DNA of 64,000 bases, taken from IMG/VR virus record IMGVR_UViG_3300010356_000549, positions 11,107 through 75,106 of that record, one strand, 5' to 3'. A program made the translations under genes and the position numbers. This document shows positions 61,110-64,000 of the stretch, piece by piece. Position 1 is the stretch's first letter, and the number at the start of each line of letters is the position of its first letter. Under the pieces are notes generated by a model. It saw only the letters and a list, made by a program, of their open reading frames with translations. It had not been told where the DNA came from and did not search any database. The stretch is from a virus. Lineage: Duplodnaviria > Caudoviricetes.

Positions 61110-62593
61110 TCCTGAGATCACCCGTTAAAGGCAGAACCATTCTTGAGCTGGGCGTTGAGGGTAAACACGCCACCACTCCCGAGGAGGAGAAGCGTGGGAA
61201 CGTGGCCATCTACCTCACCTTGCTCATGTTGCTCCAACACGGTCGGAGGGACTTGATGCCGTTGGGATGGGCATGGGCCAAGGCCAACTTTGAGGCGGGG
61301 CGGCTCCCCAACCCTGAGGACTATGGGATGGACTGGGCAGCGGATTTTTGTACTCGAGTCGGCGATACCCTCATCGACAACGCATTCGACCACCTTATAG
61401 GCGGGGAGAGCGTTGCGGCAACCATGTCCCGAATGAGCCATATTGCGAGGACAGACAGGAAGTGGGGGAAGGACCGGGGAGGATCGGCCATGGAATATCT
61501 CGCCAGGGCTTTGGGTTTACCGGATTCCTTCTACAGGGAGATGGCGGTGGTGGTGCGTACAGGGTGCGCGGCTGATTGTATGGCCGATGCAGCGTGTGAG
61601 GCTTACAAGGCCAAAATCTCCGGGGACGATACCAAAGCCAAGGTGGTGAGCGCAGTTGCCCTGAGCACGATTAGTGCGCTGGAACCCTCATTCAACCACT
61701 ATCCCGAGGCGGTCATCTCCGCTTTTGGTAAGATGACCAACCCAAGTATGGCGGAAGTGTGGTGGAGGCTTCACTATGAGCTGTTCAAAGGGGGTAAAAT
61801 CACCATGCCGGAGCCTAGCGTGTTTGATTCACCCATCGCTCGCCGGGATGCTCTGTGGTGCCGGGGGAGTATCGACGGGAGTATTGCGGAGTTGCGGGAT
61901 ACCGTTTGCCATAAGTCGTGGGCTGATTTTGTCAGGGGCTTGTATTGTAACTTGTCCTCCACCATGGAGGAGGACAAGTTCATGGATGCCTTAGGCCATG
62001 TGAGGGACTCAGGCATGAAGGCACTCCTTGAGGGTAAGTATGCCATCCTGACCTTCCAAAACGACTCGGAGATGGCGATGTTCCGGGAGGCGGGCTGCTA
62101 CCAAACGGGCTACGACATACCACCGACCACGCCGGGCTTCTTTGACTACTCGGATGATCCTTTGTTTGGGAAGAGGGTGAACGACAAACGATTGTGGGGG
62201 GAGGAGGGCAGGAACATCACACCCGCTTTCCTCATCCATCTCGATGACACCGGGACGATTCAGCGGGCGCGGGCCAACTACGGCAGGCACGTCATCAAGT
62301 GGCCCATCAGTGTGCTGGACTATGCTACAATCTGCATCAATGACCATGAGAGCGTGCCCTACACCCTGCCTGCCACACATACGGTTATGACCAAAGCAAT
62401 CATGGCCGTCCACACCACCCACCTATTCGCCATGTCCGCGTTGACAGGCAATGGGCCAACTCCGGGCAACGTGCATCTGGTCAAGGCCATCAACCAAGCC
62501 ATAATGGGCCAGCCGCGTTGGTCGTCTGTGCTGGACATCCAAATCCACCGGAAAATGCCTTTAACCGAGGGGACCATACTGAATTATGATTGA
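61106..62593 (+). CDS. Hypothetical protein (495 aa)
   Basis: ATGA coupling; no family recognised. Confidence 0.75.
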   Translation: MILRSPVKGRTILELGVEGKHATTPEEEKRGNVAIYLTLLMLLQHGRRDLMPLGWAWAKANFEAGRLPNPEDYGMDWAADFCTRVGDTLIDNAFDHLIGGESVAATMSRMSHIARTDRKWGKDRGGSAMEYLARALGLPDSFYREMAVVVRTGCAADCMADAACEAYKAKISGDDTKAKVVSAVALSTISALEPSFNHYPEAVISAFGKMTNPSMAEVWWRLHYELFKGGKITMPEPSVFDSPIARRDALWCRGSIDGSIAELRDTVCHKSWADFVRGLYCNLSSTMEEDKFMDALGHVRDSGMKALLEGKYAILTFQNDSEMAMFREAGCYQTGYDIPPTTPGFFDYSDDPLFGKRVNDKRLWGEEGRNITPAFLIHLDDTGTIQRARANYGRHVIKWPISVLDYATICINDHESVPYTLPATHTVMTKAIMAVHTTHLFAMSALTGNGPTPGNVHLVKAINQAIMGQPRWSSVLDIQIHRKMPLTEGTILNYD

Positions 62594-62867
62594 GCCGACA
62601 ATCCTGTTTTATGTGCGCTCGGGCTGGTGGAAACGCGGCTGGGTGCTTGCCCGGAATGACCACCATGCGGTTTCGGTGGCGGCCAATACCGGGCTCCACC
62701 GTAGGGGGCACCGCATTACCGTGCTGGAGGCAGATGAGCGATTCTACACCCCTGAGATTCGGGAGATGGCTCGGGCATGGGGAGAGGGCCGGGTTTTATG
62801 GGCGAATCGCTGGTTGCGGCCAGACACCATCCTACTCAGAGAACCAAGCAACCTACGACTCAAATGA
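62586..62867 (+). CDS. Hypothetical Trp/Arg-rich protein
   Basis: Overlap-coupled to both neighbours. Confidence 0.5.
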   Translation: MIEPTILFYVRSGWWKRGWVLARNDHHAVSVAANTGLHRRGHRITVLEADERFYTPEIREMARAWGEGRVLWANRWLRPDTILLREPSNLRLK

Positions 62868-63538
62868 AACAAGAGGATTTTCCACACGTTTTAATCAACC
62901 GGATGGGCTTCTCCGGCCAGGACTTAAGAGGAGTCACGGGGTTTCTGGTAGAGCTGATTTACCTCAGAGAAATTACGAACCCTGGGGGGCGGCTCATACT
63001 AGGTGGCCTTGACTCAGATCGTCCTGGTTATCTGTATGTTAACATTCAGGGGGACCATTTCAGGCAACTGTTCGAGTCGACCAGAGGCCAACATAGCAAT
63101 GAATACACGGAGGTGCGGGATCACAGGGGGATGGTCACTGCGGTGCGGTATCTCGGAGGGGGAGTCCCCTCCTTATCCTACGACGAGCTGTTAGAGGCTT
63201 TGCCTAGGCCATTAACCTCCATCCAATACTCTGAATATGTTGGCCTTAGGTTGCTTGCGGCGGCTGAGGTAGATCCTAAGCGGCATTCCCATGCGTGGCG
63301 GAGCAACATTCAGGAGATCCACCGCTTTGAGCCTTTCTCAGGCATGGCGAGGTGTACGGAGTGGCGAAAAGACCTGTTCACCTTGATGCCGAAAGAACCC
63401 GCCGGGCCTGTGCTCCAAGCATGGATGGGGACTCCCAGCCCTGGCAAGGTGCGGCTGCGGCTATTGGCCCACGATATGCCCATCGTTGTGGAGGAACCAG
63501 CCAAGCCATCGCGCAGGAGGGCGATAAAACGGAAATGA
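62864..63538 (+). CDS. Hypothetical protein (start revised to ATG 62864)
   Basis: ATGA overlaps at both ends; N-terminal LINRMG motif. Confidence 0.65.
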   Translation: MKQEDFPHVLINRMGFSGQDLRGVTGFLVELIYLREITNPGGRLILGGLDSDRPGYLYVNIQGDHFRQLFESTRGQHSNEYTEVRDHRGMVTAVRYLGGGVPSLSYDELLEALPRPLTSIQYSEYVGLRLLAAAEVDPKRHSHAWRSNIQEIHRFEPFSGMARCTEWRKDLFTLMPKEPAGPVLQAWMGTPSPGKVRLRLLAHDMPIVVEEPAKPSRRRAIKRK

Positions 63539-64000
63539 AGAAAGGTGGGAAGTATGACCTGTGGCTGGCGGGCGCGGCGGAGCGTCGATCCATGCTAATA
63601 AACAGGATGGGCTGGGGCGACCTAAGGGGCAGCCGCTGCCTTTGGGTGGAGGTGTTTTACATCGGCAGATGGCCAGCTCTTGACCAATGGAAATTCCCTA
63701 GCTACGTGTATGCCGTCGTGTCCGAGGCACGCCTAAAGGAGGTGTTTTTGTCACCTATCGAGGATCGGCCCAGTCGAACATGGATGGATGAACTCAGCAA
63801 GGGGGCGGAAGTTGACCTCGACCCGTTCCTCTATTCCGAGGTAATCGCCAAAGTCTTTGTCTCGGCGGCGGGATACGGCTGGGAGGAAGGCACCGTGTGG
63901 TTCTCCAAGGATTCGCTGGATACTGCCAAGGGGCGGCGGCATATACACTCCAGCGGACATGCAGCCAAGGTTGTTTGGGAAAAGGGAGCCGTGTTTTTCC
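63535..64000 (+). CDS. Hypothetical protein, 3'-truncated by the window edge; paralog of the preceding gene
   Basis: Not in the ORF track. ATG 63535 is open to the end: MKKGGKYDLWLAGAAERRSMLINRMGWGDLRGSRCLWVEVFYI... Confidence 0.7.
   Translation, partial: MKKGGKYDLWLAGAAERRSMLINRMGWGDLRGSRCLWVEVFYIGRWPALDQWKFPSYVYAVVSEARLKEVFLSPIEDRPSRTWMDELSKGAEVDLDPFLYSEVIAKVFVSAAGYGWEEGTVWFSKDSLDTAKGRRHIHSSGHAAKVVWEKGAVFF

Larger units (their letters stand above)
1..64000 (+). mobile_element. Tailed dsDNA bacteriophage genome (siphovirus-like), near-complete; no integrase seen
   Basis: Terminase, portal, HK97-type protease and capsid, tape measure, lysis and replication modules in canonical order, all on the + strand. 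ORFs are open at both window edges. Confidence 0.95.

Noticed and set aside
63990-64000. Window ends joining as an exact circular genome
   Set aside because: No terminal redundancy is visible and both ends lie in open frames; completeness cannot be established from this window

Overview
The window is most or all of a tailed dsDNA phage genome with a siphovirus-like layout. Every credible gene is on the + strand. Order: small/accessory genes, terS, a DNA-modification cluster, terL, tandem GroES, sulfotransferase, portal, a 1712-aa MuF fusion, prohead protease, HK97-type major capsid protein, neck/tail genes, tape measure protein, tail-tip proteins, a glycosyl/sulfo/methyl-transferase cluster, lysis genes, an AAA+ (Ycf46-like) operon, replication/recombination genes (O-like initiator, DnaB, UDG-like::PolA, primase, SSB, SF2 helicase, RecA-like, nucleases, RNase H) and unknown genes. 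I saw no integrase, tRNA or CRISPR array. Promoters look sigma70-like, and most starts have A-rich leaders without a Shine-Dalgarno sequence, which suggests (inference only) a PVC/Verrucomicrobiota-type host. Best candidate for an undescribed system: a seven-gene cluster between terS and terL encoding a ParB-N protein, two TET/JBP dioxygenases, a GNAT, an Ntn glutamine amidotransferase, an amino acid:DNA transferase and a P-loop kinase. No dUMP hydroxymethylase or cytosine methyltransferase is visible, which points to a fully post-replicative thymine hypermodification route. Second: an 18-bp quasi-palindrome, TTTGCACGATCTTGCAAA, occurs 10 times at gene or module boundaries. All family calls come from motif recognition by eye; no database search was run.
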